Positions 13,089 through 27,000 of a stretch of 64,000 nucleotides of DNA are shown one piece after another. Under the pieces are notes generated by a model. That model had not been told where the DNA came from. It saw only the letters and a program-made list of their open reading frames with translations, and searched no databases. Location of the stretch: positions 14,525-78,524 of the forward strand of contig RDEW01000012.1 of NCBI GenBank assembly GCA_011109175.1, given 5' to 3'. The position numbers and the translations under genes are program-made. Source of the DNA: Dicyema japonicum (taxonomy: Eukaryota > Animalia > Dicyemida). Position 1 is the first letter of the stretch. Each line of letters starts with the position of its first letter.

Positions 13089-16027
13089 GTTTTTTTGGTG
13101 AGGTTGTGACGTGCTTCGTTTCTTGATTGGATCGCAATTGAGAAAAATGTCTAAAAGGCAAGGGATACAAAGGGATGCATCTCGTCTAAAGGTCCTTACG
13201 TTCAATGCTAGAGGCTTATATACGACCTGGTCGAGGAAGATTCTCAGTGACAACTTGGAGAGATACGACGTATCTATTGGGTGCCTACAAGAGACGAAAG
13301 TTACTTGTAGCCTTGATGAGAACTATGGCGAATATCGAATTATATGTCAGCCGAGCGACTCAAAATATTATGGATTGGATTTGCCATCCACTCAAAGTTG
13401 ACAAGTGCAGTCCACCGTATATGGAGTGTGAATGACAGGATCTGTGTTATACAAATCCGACTAAACGACTTACCTCCTTCGAAGAGCTTTCTGACAATTG
13501 CAAATGTTTATGCGCCACACTGCGGGAGAGTAGCGAAAGATCCGACAGAACTAGACGACTTCTATTCAACACTGTTACGGACGTACAACGAATATGAGTC
13601 GTCATCACTAATACTCATTGCTGGAATTTGAATGCAAAATCGGGATGAAGAATAACCCGGATGATGTTTTTTTGGGAGAACATGGGCGTGGAATAAGAAA
13701 CCTACCCGGGACAAATCTTGGTAACTTTTGTATGGCACAACCTTTTCCTATGCAATACTGCATTTACGCATCCTGCCACAAAACTACGTGGATGGGGAAG
13801 CGAAGGAACTCAGATGGAAAGCTGGTTCCAATATACAACCAAATAGATTATGTCATATGCCGGGCTAAAGACAAACACCTTCTAGTAAACGCACGTTCGA
13901 ATGAAGGCTCGACGACTGTCAGCGACCAAAATGGTTATTGCGACCTTCATCCTGAAAAAACATGCCATCAAATACAAGAATGCCAAAAATCACGAATTTG
14001 AGAAAATCAGAGGCGACTACGCGACTGAAAGGCTGATTTCCCAACCGGAGACTACTGAGAGATATCAACAATACCGTCGAACTCATATGCAGGACGTATT
14101 GGTGGATACCCGTAGAATACACCTGGAAACGCACAAAGGACACCATCAACGAAGCTGCTGAAGCATGTCCTTGCAAATGGGAGAATATTAAATTGCACCT
14201 GAAGGCTATTCACCCAAATGTTCCTGAGCTTGCAAAAAGTTTAAAAGAAATAAACATGAGAAAATCAAATGCTATTGAAGCTAATACGAGAAAATCCCTT
14301 CAGGGCGAAAGGCAACGTGTCAGAAGAAAAATAAAAAGTATGAACAAAAGCTTTTCGTTGAAGAAATAGCTTTTTGTATAGAAGAGGTAAACAAAGTGAA
14401 AGACAACGCACAGGTGTACGTCGCTGCTCGTTTGCTGCAGCGAACAAACCGAAGTCGACTGACCATCATAGACGAAAACGGTAAGCTGATACTGAACACC
14501 GAAGAATAAACTGAAGCCATCGCGGCTCACTTTGAGAAGCTTTTCAACATCTAAACCATAGAAATCCACCATCTTATAAAAGGCCAAGACCCCTTAAAAT
14601 ACCAATCACGCCCGAAGAAATCAAAACGGCCTGCCGAAAACTCAAGAATAACAGAAATCCTGGACCAGATGCGATAAACCCAGAATTACTGAAATACGGC
14701 CCTGACCCCCTTTTTGAAAAAATCGCTACACTACTAAATGAAATATTTTCAACTAACTCAACTCTACCTCTGGTACGGGACTACTAATCCCCATACAAAA
14801 AATCAACAAAACCAGAGGACCGCTCGAAAATTTGCGACCCATCATATTACTAAATTCATTACGCAAAGTCTTGGCAAACATTGTGCTTGAACGAATAAAA
14901 GGATCTGCTTACAAATACCTACCAGATAGTCAAAGTGGTTTTCGAGAAGGGAGATCCACAGCTGATGCGGTCTGGAGTCACAGATGGAGGTGTGCAACAT
15001 ATCAAAGATACCGTAACGCCACCAATATTCTGGGAATTGACCTATCAAGAGCTTTTGATACGGTTAACAGGAACAAGTTAATGGGGTACTGAGCGGATTT
15101 CTTGATGATCGAGTCTAAGGATGACCGGAATTTTACTTTCCAACACTGAGCTCCTTGTGAGAGTCGGAAAGACCTATTCAAGAAAATTTGAAACAAACAC
15201 GGGCACTCCACAAGGAGACTCCTTTTCTCCTCTACTATTCACAATTTATTTGGAAGCCGCTATGAGGGAACTTAGACCGTTATACCAAGGAAAGACGGAA
15301 GAAGTGATCTACGCGGACGATGTAGACCTAATTTCTGAAGACAAAGAGGTCCTGGAAAACCTATTAGAAAAAGCACCAGATGTACTAGGGAAATGGTTTC
15401 TTACTGTGAACAGAGAGAAAACAGAACTCACAGAGATAAGAAGGATGAGCAACGTCCTAGAAGAGAAATGGCGACAAGTAAAGAAACTCGGTTCACTTAT
15501 GGGAGATAGCGAAGATATTTTACGTAGGAAAACTCTAGCCAATGCTGCGTTATATAAACTGAAGAATCTATGGCTCAATCAAAAAAGCATCGACACGAAA
15601 ATAGAATCCTATTATACGACTCATTCATAAAACCGGTACTTTTATATAACGCTGGAAATTGGGCGACCTCATCAGCAGAAATGGAAAAACTAGACTCGTT
15701 CAACAGAACTCAGCTGGAAAAATAACAAACTACTTGGCCTACGAGAATATCGAGGAATGCTTTATATAAGAGATGCAGCACTAGACTATCAGTTTAGAAG
15801 TACTGGAATCCCGCTATCGTGGAAGACCAAGAACAACACTGCCAATAGTCCTACAAAAAGACCTGGTAATATCAAAAAAATCTAATAAATGCCGACGACC
15901 TGGACAACATGAGAGCCTTGGCTAGGAACAGGGGAGCATGGAAAAGGATGACATCTAACCTTGTTTCTTTTGCTGCACATGCGGGGCTATAATTAGTATG
16001 GCTCTCGTGAAGTGCTTAAATAAAAAT
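13089..16027 (+). mobile_element. RTE-clade LINE, full length but frameshifted, 10-bp TSD
   Basis: APE domain (TFNARGL, CLQETK, NVYAPH, NQIDY) and RT (QSGFREGRST, GTPQGDSFSP, YADD). TSD ataaagtcaa at 13079-13088 and 16028-16037. Confidence 0.92.
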
Positions 16028-16099
16028 ATAAAGTCAACATTTTTATTGATTAATTTTTAGAGTTTTTGAAATAAAATACTAAAGTGTCATCTGTTATGC

Positions 16100-16640
16100 C
16101 ACATTCGTATCAGGAAGGTCAATAAAATGGTTAAGACTGTTATTAGAAAACATCCTGGTGAATTTTCAACTCACGAATTTTCTGACAACAGCTATTTATT
16201 TGATCTTTTGTCTAATAAACATTTCAAACTAACTGCTAATCATTTTAGTAGTATTTCACAGGTGATACTGCAAAAATATCTGATTTTCTTATTCCATTCA
16301 CACAATTTTGAATTTTTATGTCAAAAAATCGCCCTAGTTATAACAAAATATAGAAAGAAGACTAATGTATACAACTGTCTATCTGGAATATGGAAGATCG
16401 GAAATAATCCTATTTTGAATTCTATTACAGCCAATTTATTGAACCGTGATTTCTTAAGCATGTGACATCTGAGGTCCATTCATTTCTCGTATAAATATTT
16501 TGAAGATCGAGACTAGTCGGGAAGTGCTTCAAGTGAATTTATTTTCCGGGATAGTGAGTCAAAAGCCTTCTATACACCACGGTTCTTTGTGTGGATTTGA
16601 GGTTTTCAAGGCCGTCAGAGATGAATTGGACTAGTTTTGT
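16100..16640 (+). mobile_element. I-group LINE post-RT fragment
   Basis: NCLSGIWKIGNNPIL resembles KSLSGIWKSGTHPVL at ~42.1 kb. Confidence 0.5.
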
Positions 16641-17117
16641 CAAATTAGTTGTTGTTGAACGTCCTAGTAATTTACACATGTTTTATATTTTAGTTATATT
16701 AAAATAATTAATTTAATTTAAAAATGGCATTTATTGAAACTAAATAGAATTATTGCTAAAATTGGCAAAAATTGCATCTTTAATTAGTTAAAAGTTAAAC
16801 GTTTTCAAAAATCATATAATTTAACTCGTTAATAAAAAATGACAATTCCGTGAAAAATGATATTTTATGGAAACAAATTGCCCTACTCATCACGATCCAC
16901 TGACGGTTTATCCGACAAACTTTCCACAATCTACAGAGAGGATATTCGTTAATATTATAGTAAAGAGAACAATATAAATTAGTATTAATGATTGAATGAG
17001 TTATGACATTAATGAATAATCACGTAGACGTTTTAATACCAAAACTATAGCAATAATCATAATAATTCCAACAATAACTGTAATTCCCCCAATTACACAA
17101 ACTGCCATTATATATTT

Positions 17118-20100
17118 ATTATTATTATTAAAGCACTTTCACGAAAGCCATAATGATTATAGCCCCGCATGTGCAACACTCAAAGAAACAATATTTATAG
17201 TTAGTCTTTTCCATCTTCCTCTGTCGAATGCGAGTGATCTCAATTCGTCCAGGTCGTCTCCCGTCTTTAGATTTTTTCTCACACGATTTAAGTCTTTGTT
17301 TAAGGCAGTCGGAAGTGTCGATCTGGGTCGTCCGCGGAAGGGTTTGTCGCAACTGACAAAGTAATCTTCCATCGCTTTGTTAGCGGGTGCGTCCGGGTTC
17401 ATTCTTAGTACATGTCCGAATAGTCTCCACCGGGCATCTACCACATCCCCGCTGATGTAGGAGCACATACACTTGTTGTAGATACCAGTGGTTGATATTC
17501 TTCGTGGCCACTCCATTCCGAGTAAGCTTCTTAGTTGCCTTCGATGGAACGAATCCAGTTTCAATAGTTCGTTGGAGGAGCTTCCCCATGTCCCAGCGTT
17601 GTACAGTAGTATCGGTTTCACAAACGCGTTGTAAAGCCTGCATCTGAAGTCAATTCCGAGTCCTTTGGCTCTTAGCCATCCTTTCTTCAGTGTGGCCATT
17701 GCCACGGTTGCCAATGTTTTCCTCTTTAGTACATCTTCAGTGTCTCCTAGTAGAGAGCCGAGCTTATTGGTGCGTCTCCATCCTTCTTGAGTGATATCGT
17801 CTTCTCTTTTAATTTCCGTGATCTCAGTTTTGTCTACATTTACGCTGAGAAACCATTTCCCAAGCTCCACAGGTGCATTTTCTAGTAGGTGTTGGAGTGC
17901 GGTCACATCCCGTGATACAAAATCCACATCATCCGCATAGATGATGTCTCTTCTATGTCTCCTATATAGCATTTTCGGAGGTCGCGGAGTGCAGATTCAA
18001 GGTATATAGTGAATAGTAAAGGGAAGAGGGAATCACCCTGCGGTGTCCCAATCGTTGTTTTGAAACTGCGGGAAGTTGCTCCTTCTATCTTGACAGATAA
18101 TCTTGTGTTCGCCAATAGTAGTCTGATTATTCTAACCGACGATTCATCCAGTATTTGCTCAAGCACATTCATCAGTTTCTGTCTGCTTATTGAGTTGAAA
18201 GCTCTGGAGAGATCTATTCCCAACACGGTCGTTGCGCTCTTGAATTTTTGGTGCATTGCGCAGCGCCATCTGTGGCTCCATACAATGTCCGCAGTAGACC
18301 TCCCTCTCGGAACCCACTTTGACTTGCTGGTAGGTATAGATTCGCCATACCCTTTATCCGGCTTAGTGCAATGTTTGCCAGCACCTTGCGTATCGAATTC
18401 AGAAGTATTATCGGGCGGAGATTTTCTACTGGTCCTTTTGATTTGTTCGGTTTTTGTATGGGTATTAATAATCCATTTCCAAGTCCTAGATCGGTATTAG
18501 TTTCAAAGACGGCATTTAGGGTTTTTGCAATTGTGTCGCTAAGTTTTTTTGGCCCATATTTTAGGAGCTCAGGGCTTATGTTGTCCGGCCCAGCACTCTT
18601 GTTGTTCTTCAGTTTATTTATCGCTAATTCCACCTCTTCCACTGTGATTGGGATTTTTAGCGCCTTTGCTTTTCCTTGGAAAGGGGGAAAGTCATTATTT
18701 TCTTTATTCAACAGTGTTTCGAAGTGTCGTGCAATCAATTCTGCTTTTTCTTTCGGGTTACCCACGAATTTTCCATCTTTGTCTTTGATGTGGAGGATGT
18801 TTTGTCCTTTCTTTGTCCGCAGCAGCCGCAAAGCCGCATACATCCTTGAATTGTCTTTTAGACATTCCACATCTTTTAATAGGGATGTAATAATTTCCCG
18901 TGAATGTTTTCTGTTCATCTTTTTGATTTTCCACTTTAGTTCCCTTTGTTGGATATTAAGCTCTTTTTTTTACTCTCGTCTGACGTGTTTGCCGCTTTTA
19001 GTCGTAGCTCTCTGCAATGCTGTGCCATATTTGGCACGTTCGGGTGGTGATCCAATTTTAGGGCGTGATGATTTCGGACTCCAAGGCATATTTTGGCCGA
19101 CTTGGAGATTGCCTGTTTTGTTTGATCCCACAGAGTTCGTACTGATGATTCCGGTGCGGTTTTCACCATAAGAGTCTCGATTTGTTCGTGATATTTAGCT
19201 CTACAAGTTGGGTCTAACCACAATTTTTCTGTCTGAAAGTATATATTGGGTCTTTGTCTCGCCTTCTTCGCGTTTTCAATGTATTTTTTCCCAGTCAGGT
19301 GCTTTTTTACACAAAGTTTTGCAATGACGATCCTGTGGTCGCTGTCGGTTGTTGTTCCCTGGTAGGAACGTGCATCATTTATCAGGTGTTTATCAGACTT
19401 TCGGCAGATAATGTAATCGATTTGATTATATATATTCACGGTCTCTCCGACAGAGTTTTTTCTTTGTCCGTGCCACGTCGTCTTGTGGCAAGCTGAGTGC
19501 GTAAAGGCCGTGTTGCACAGGAAAAGGCTATTTGCCTCGCAGAAGTTTACCAGAGAGGCTCCAGATGCATTTCTCCTTCCGCGCCCGTGTCTTCCAATAG
19601 AGGATTCTTCGGGCCCCATTCGCATTCCGGCCTTTGCATTCATATCTCCCGCAACAAAGACAAGAGACGAGGAAGCATTGTTAGAGTATGTGCTTGATAG
19701 TTCTGAGTAGAATTCCTCGAGTTCACTGGGGTTCTTGATTACTCGTCCACAGTGTGGTGCATAGACATTTATGACGGTAAGTAGACTCTTGGACGGGCAT
19801 AGTTCATTTAGTTTGACTTGTAAGACACATATTCGGTCGTTGACTCTCCAAAAGCGATGTAATTTTTTGAGGTAATCCACGTGTAGGGCAAATCCCATGC
19901 CGTAGTGCTTGCATTCAGTTGGGAAGAGAATCAGTCGGTAGTTGTTCCATGTCTCATCGCGTCCATTTTCGATTTTCGTCTCTTGTAGGCAGCCAATAGA
20001 TATTTTGTATTTCTCGAGATCGTCACAAAGTACTTTCCTTGTCCAATCTTTCGATATTCCACGTACGTTGAACGTCATTAGCCTGAGTTCTCGATTGTAT

Positions 20101-20187
20101 GATGAGTGTTTTTCAGACATTTTTCTTAACCGTTGCACAGAGAAGAAACGAGGCACGTCACCACCTCACCAAAAAACCCTTGGTCGT
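17118..20187 (-). mobile_element. RTE-clade LINE, full length, second subfamily, 12-bp TSD, (TAA)n tail
   Basis: APE ORF 18936-20156 and RT ORFs 18214-18918, 17903-18256 and 17157-17972, separated by small indels. TSD cattatatattt at 17106-17117 and 20188-20199. Confidence 0.95.
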
Positions 20188-20425
20188 CATTATATATTTG
20201 TCATCTAAATTTATATTTTATGTACTTTTTGGACTAATAATAGTTGAAGCATATATTTTGCTTTTTGTAGTGAATAAAGCTGTTGACTATAATTTGAGAT
20301 TTTTTCGTATATCAAATTTACAGTCGAATTCTAAATAATGATCAAATTAAAATAACCATTTCCTGTAAAACTTGTACTATTATCTGTTTTCAATAATCTT
20401 TTAGAAAAATAATCAGTTAATTTAT

Positions 20426-23416
20426 CCCCAGTAAAGCATATTTAAAACTGCCATCCATCCAAAGTGGACCCCGCCGACATTATCGACGTTGCGTTGCCTC
20501 TCACGATTGCAACAGAGATCAACTGGAGTAGCCACTGGGTCTCACGTGCGTCGTGGCTTTTTAGTGTAGCTAAGCGTCCAAGTTTCTTTAGGAAGCGAAG
20601 CGATTTTCCACTTATTCCTCCAGTTGTCTCGACCACTATCGGATAAAACGCGAATCGGTCGCGTAGCGCTTCGTACTTCTTCTCCTTTGCCATCATCGTT
20701 TTTTCCGCGGAATACAGTGTGTCTACCGCGCTCCCGACAATGTTGGACGGGCAAAGCGTGTCGACACAAGTAGCGTCCCAGACCAAAGGTTTCCCCTCTT
20801 CGAATGGGAAAATTGTGATCCCGTCGGGACGTTTTCCGTCTCCTCTGTCCAGACCAACAGGTTCTAGTATGGCTGGGTATCCCGCAGACTCCAGGGCTCG
20901 CTTGACAATTCCGTTGATCGCCTTGTGTCTTGGGAATCGTCCTGCACTCCTTCGACAAGAGAGGGCATGGAGTCCATAACAATCGACGGTTGCGCCACAT
21001 CGGCATTTGTGGGTCCGGCAAATCTCCAGTCCAAGTCTGGTGGAGATGCCGATGCGGACAGTATCGTCGTCAAGATGGGTCCCGACACTGCCAACTGGGA
21101 GTGCATTGATCCATGCGCCACTCGATTCGCATCTTCCAGTGACTAGACATGCACGTCTGTGTTGGTTTGATTGGTTCAGAAGCCTCTCATATTTATCCTC
21201 GCAGATGGTCCTGTAACGATCTTTCTGCTCAGGCATCATCCCCTTCAAATGCTCCATCTCTGTGATTTCAGATGATTCTGTTTGGAGTTGGAGAATCATC
21301 CTGACCAGCAGTCGGCTGGAGCCCAAAGAGGATAGATAAGCAGGGCAAGCCAGATCTTTCGTTGAAGGGATTCCCAGTCCGCCCAGGCTAACGGGTAGGG
21401 TCGCTTGGTCCCACCCTTGGTCGTCAAATTTCACATTTGTGATACGTTCAATAGTACTCCGGAAGAGGGAATCGATAGCATCGAGCTGTTGCATTTTCAA
21501 GTAGCAGGGTGCCCCCGAAGAACGTAGTTCAGTTTCTGTGCTGATAAGGCGTTTCTCAGAGGAATAGGGAGGTGTGTGCGTCCAGCATCTCCAGACGTCT
21601 GAATGTTGTTTTTAGTTGATGTTCTTTTGTTCTTAGAGTGTTACTGATTCCAGCATCAGTAAGAGGGCATCCAAGTATTTCCAGTTCTTCTGATTTGGTT
21701 TCTGTGGCTTTCGGAATGATCTCTCTGAACATACCAAGGATCAGATCCCATTCAGACTGTGGAAATCCAAAATTGGTTACTTCACACTTATTGGTGTTTA
21801 GAGTTAGGCATAGGGATTCCAATTGTACTATCAGACTTTTCAAACAATCTAGTACATCCTTCGGATGGCCGCCCATGGTGCAATCATCCAAATACCATAC
21901 TCTCAGAGGAGTGGAGCAGTATCCTGTGATACGGGCAATTCCCAGGCTGAACAAGGCGGGCCCCAGTGGGTCTCCTTGTTGGACTCCAGAAGACGATGGA
22001 ATGTAATATTGGCCATGTACCAGACTGGATGGTTTTCCGTACGAACTATGAATATAGCTGTACACTGATGGGTAGTATGTGAAGCAATCCTCCAGAATTG
22101 TATCACGTCGTATCGAGTTGAAGGCATTTTTAATGTCAATTTTGACGATTACGTGAGGAATGTTCACGTTCTTTTCGGTGAATGTTCGGACAGCATGAAC
22201 TGCCGCTTCACAACCCCCCGGTGTGCCGACCCCTATTTGGGTTGGTTGCAGCTGTGTTATCAGCGTAGGTAGGATTGCTCTGCATACAAGCTTTGATGCC
22301 AACCGACGGAAGACCATTCCGACTGCAATAGGGCGTATTCCACCTCCCTTCTTGTCGAATGCGATTAACTTTGCGGAAAACATTACGTGTCGAATTGTTT
22401 CTGGTAGTGTCCCTGATAGCATCCTGTTCATTAGTTTGGTGATAGCCAACACGAGCCGGACCCCAGAGTTGCCCGTGTTATGAGCAATGAGATCTTTGAT
22501 GTGACCCGGACGGAGCCCATCTAGTCCTCCACTGCTACTCGGGACGAAAGAGAGGATACCATCTTTTACGTCCTCTTCAGAGACAAGCAGATTGGGTAAT
22601 TGTCCTGGGCAAGGGGGAACCCGGTGGTCGTTGGGAAGACTTGGGTGTCGCTCAACAAGTGATGCGTAGGACTGTTCGGACGGCTCAATTATACATTGTT
22701 GATCTGCAAGGATCCTCACCGCAGCACGGATACCACCTTCCGAAAGTTTTCGACGGATCGCGCTTCTTAATCTCTGAGTGTCCGAGATAGTCGATGTTGG
22801 CTTCTCATGGTTTTGAAATTTGTAGGTGAGCTTTTCTGAGTTTGCCAATAGGTTTTTTGAGAAGAATGTGTGGACATTTTCCTTTACTAATGACGTAAGT
22901 GATTTCTCCTCTTTCCACCTCCTATGGGGTATGCATAGTGTGAATGGAGCAAAGCAAAATAATCGTACCCAATCATCAGAGTCGTCCGAAGAAACTGCCC
23001 TTTCAATACACTCACATAGGCAGTCCGCGACAGATATACGGGCAGCTTTGGGGATCCTAATCAGGAGTCTTCGTGTGTGTGTCAGGTTGGAGATCAATTC
23101 AAGTATTTCCTGATGGTCTAGTGGAACATGTTCAGAAGGGTAGCGTAGGGAAGAGTTTGTCGTATTATCTGGTAGGAGACAAGATCGACAGTGCCAATCG
23201 GAAATGGCAGCCAGGGCTCTTTTAGTCATTCCGGCACAGGACATGTGGAAGCCATACGAACATGCTGTGCAATGGATCATCCGCTTTCTTTTGTTCATTA
23301 TGTTGCACTTTGTGCAGATCTCATATTCTTTTACAGTTTTCTGCATGTTCTTTTCTGATTTTCCTTTCTTATTCTCTTCTTTTAGCAACACAACGAGAAC
23401 AGACGACACAACGTGT
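20426..23416 (-). mobile_element. CRE-clade non-LTR retrotransposon with N-terminal PHD finger, RT and RLE; near intact
   Basis: C4HC3 finger 23179-23316. RT motifs GGIRPIAVG, DIKNAFNS, GVQQGDPLGP, YLDD. C-terminal CRCG...HALSC, RHKAIN, KRPDG, WDATC and IAIVRGN-like motifs. The two ORFs join if two single bases are restored near 21500-21560. Confidence 0.92.
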
Positions 23417-23449
23417 AGAAAAAAAATAATTCTTAATTATTTTTATTTT

Positions 23450-23620
23450 TAACAATAAAATATTATTTATTAACTATGGGGAAGATCGCTGCTGACATTA
23501 CAAAGTAAGCGTTTTTGCGGACAACTGCAATCCCAATTCGTTGCCTAAGTCAGACCGCTTCCCGCACGTCTTTCTTAACGGTGAGCCAATTTCCCCCTGA
23601 TTTCCTTCAGGAAAGATCGA
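23450..23620 (-). mobile_element. 3' end of a second CRE family
   Basis: Reverse complement matches the 3' end at 50400-50510 (cagttgtccgc...gtcagcagc...ccccatagttaataaataatattt). Confidence 0.85.
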
Positions 23621-23699
23621 AACCTAACAAAGCTTTATTACTATCATTTAGACAACAATGCAATCGAGTTTAACTTTTAACAGCTTTATTAGCAAAGAA

Positions 23700-23975
23700 A
23701 TTAAAGAGGGAGTTAGTTGGCCTCATGCCGCAAGTCCTGAAATCGCTTGGATTGATGTTTAGTTGAATGACGGTGAAGGATTTTGCTGGTCTGTGAATTG
23801 GTTTCTATCTCTAGAAATATTAAATAGTATTTCCGCCAGGTCAGACGAGTATTGCAGAAGAGAGAACATTCCAAGAAGGACAATCTTCTTAGATTTGTGT
23901 GAGCGAATGGTTTTTTCCCTGAGATTAACTTTACAGTTGACATCACTAGAATTGGCGAGCCACATAATGCACGCT
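23700..23975 (-). mobile_element. 5' fragment of an I-group LINE (leader plus start of APE)
   Basis: One frame reads KSFTVIQLNIN. The leader agcgtg...gtggctcgccaattc resembles those at 38047 and 61849. Confidence 0.55.
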
Positions 23976-24084
23976 AAATAATCTACCTAAATCAACTTAA
24001 AATAAGTTTATTGTTTTAATTCTAAATTAATCAGATTTTCAAATTTCGTTATAGTTAAATTCTTTTTCTATTAATTTAAAATCT

Positions 24085-27000
24085 TTATTTCTTTGTTTCG
24101 CACTTTGAACTCGCCTTATAGAAAAAGAACTTGCACGTTCTATAATATTTTGAGGTTGTTTTTGTATTGAATAGATGCTTCCATAACCTTAAATAAAACT
24201 TAAAAATATAAACCAGAACTTGGAGTTCCATCTCGGCTTTTGTTAAAATAAATAGATTTATTTTCAATTTCATTTATCTAACTAATGTTAATACATTACT
24301 TGTTCTCGCAGATTTTTAACTTTATTAAATGAATTTAATTTTAATGAAGATTCATACGTAATTTTCTTTTTCATTACTCTCTCTTCTTTCCTCATCATTG
24401 TGATTTCCGACTGATATTGTTGTAACGTATTTCCCATTAACATTTTTAATTTTGAAACTTCTAGTTCTTTTAATTTTAAATCTTCTTTCTGTCAGTAAAT
24501 ATTATAAATATATAACCATATTATGATAATTTTTATTTTTCAGAGAATCCAACTGTTTAAGTCCTTCAGCTTGTGTTTGTATTTCTTTTGTCTTAGAATT
24601 CAAAAGTTCAATCTAAATATATTTTGTAAATTACATATTTTGATAATTCCAAAGTTAAATTATGATTTTTACTTTCTTCATTTTTTAATTTATCTTCCAA
24701 AGTCCGTAGAAGCCCGTTATAATAATCATGTTCATTATCTTTGATCATCATCAATTTACAATTATTCATTTTAACTTTTGCTAATTCTTTTTCTAATCCA
24801 AAAATCTATATAAATATGAAATTAATATACCTCTTTCCGTTTTTTACTTTCATTGTAAAAACCAATCCATTTGTTAACAATTCTCAGAATTTCATCATTT
24901 CTTTTATATTTTAAAAGTTCTATATCATTATTATTCTCACAATGCTCTACTATATCAGAATCTTAATATCATCAATTTACTAACTAGTTTGTTTAGGTTT
25001 CAGTTTTATTATGTTATTCAATCCTTTAGATCTACAGTCCTTTATATTTTTCAATATTTCATCTTCATAATCCAATCTAATATATGTAAACTATAAATAT
25101 ACGTAAATATATTAAAAGATGAAGACTGATTAGAATATGCATTTAACATTTTTTCTACAACCATTCCATATTGTTGAGCAAATTCCTTTTCAACAGTTTG
25201 ATGAATTGACTTTAATTTCGAGTTTAAGTAATCTATTGTCAATTTTAGTGAATTATTCTCTGAATTTATTAAACAAAAAACCAATAATTTGATTATGAGC
25301 AAAATGCGAAAGATTTAGTAGACCTTCTGTTTTATATGAACTTTTCATAATTAATAACTCGTTTTTTCAAATTTATAATTTCCTTTAAATTGAAAAAAAT
25401 ATTAACTTGCTCTTTTGTCTGGAGGATAGAGTTATGATGATTAAGTAATGTTTGATAGTAAGAATTGTAGCTAAATTTATATTTAAAAATAACCTTTCAA
25501 AATTTTCACGCTCTCTTCGAAATACATCGTCCTTTAATTTTTTAAGATTTTCGACAAATTCACTTTTACTTATAATTAAGTTATCTTTTCCGTCGTCTTT
25601 GGCTAATGCAGATATTTTATCACAAAAATTTTCGACAATGAATGTTCTGTTGACAATCAAAGCATCATCGATTGTCTTGATATTAATTAGTATCAACTTT
25701 TTTTCTCCATAAATCAACTGGAATACTCTCTTCATTTCTTTGTTTTTCTGATATAGCCAACACTTGCTTTTTAAAAATTCTTTTAGTAACTTCTTCAATG
25801 CAATAGCACTCTAATTTGCATAAAAGAAACAAAATCTATTTTTATGATATAATTTACCTCCTTTGATTTAAAAAATAGTTCAAATGAGGAAAAATTGTTA
25901 TTACTACAAACAGGATAAGAACTATAAAATCCAATGTTGTTTGTCTTTTTACAAGCAGGTAATAATGCTTTTATTGGTTCTCTAATCTCGGATTCATAAA
26001 AATCTCTAATGATAATTTAATTAAAATTACTCTTCTTGATTGTCAACTTCAATATTAAAATTTCTGTAATATAACCACCGTTTTTTTAAATTATATTGTT
26101 TTAAACACATCATAAGAAATAATTTTTGTAAATACAAGCTCTCAATAGGATTAGAAATTTGGTTTAAAGGATTTGAATCATTAAAAACTATAAAATTATT
26201 TATATAATAAAACGATCAAAATTTGTGATAATGTTCGAATAATTGTTACTTTCAAACAAAATTGTGTCTAGTGATTCTTCCGTAGTTAAATTTTTTACTA
26301 GTTTAAAGTCATTATCGAAGACAGATAATATTGAACCAATTGTATTACCATATTTAAGTAATTCGTTCAACAATAAAAATACATTATTTATTATTCCGTT
26401 TAATTTTTCCCTAAATATATAAATTTAAACTACCTTTCTTGTTTAGAAAATCCAAGAAACAAACAGTATAAATAAGAATATGTATAATTTCCTGTATATG
26501 CTAAAAATCGTTTAGGTTTATCTAAAAACAATAGATTATTTTAAATACATCTAAAAGATTGCATTTCAAGATCACTAAGAAAAAACTTTAAAATATCCAC
26601 TTTTTGAGAAATGAACTAAAATATTAATTTGAAAATACTTTAGTGAAAGTTTTACTTAAAGTCAAATCATATAAAAGTGTGTGATAAGAAGTATTCAATG
26701 CCAAGAAGATGACATCTTTTTTTAAATTGAGAAGTCCTGTGGTTTTATTTATTGAATTATTCTGTGTTCTTATGTGGTCAATGCATCTTTGAATTTCGTG
26801 CAAATTTTTTCCTAAAAAATATTTAAAGATTTAAACCAATCTCAGTTTGTCCTCCCCATGAAGCAAAATTTAATTTAGACTGAGTTTTATATTTTGTAAA
26901 TAAATGATTTTCAAAAATAGTTTGACTGCAAAGGTAATTTAAAATTTCATATAAATTTCCAATTAATTCAAAATGTGTCTCAAGGAGATCTTTCCTATTA

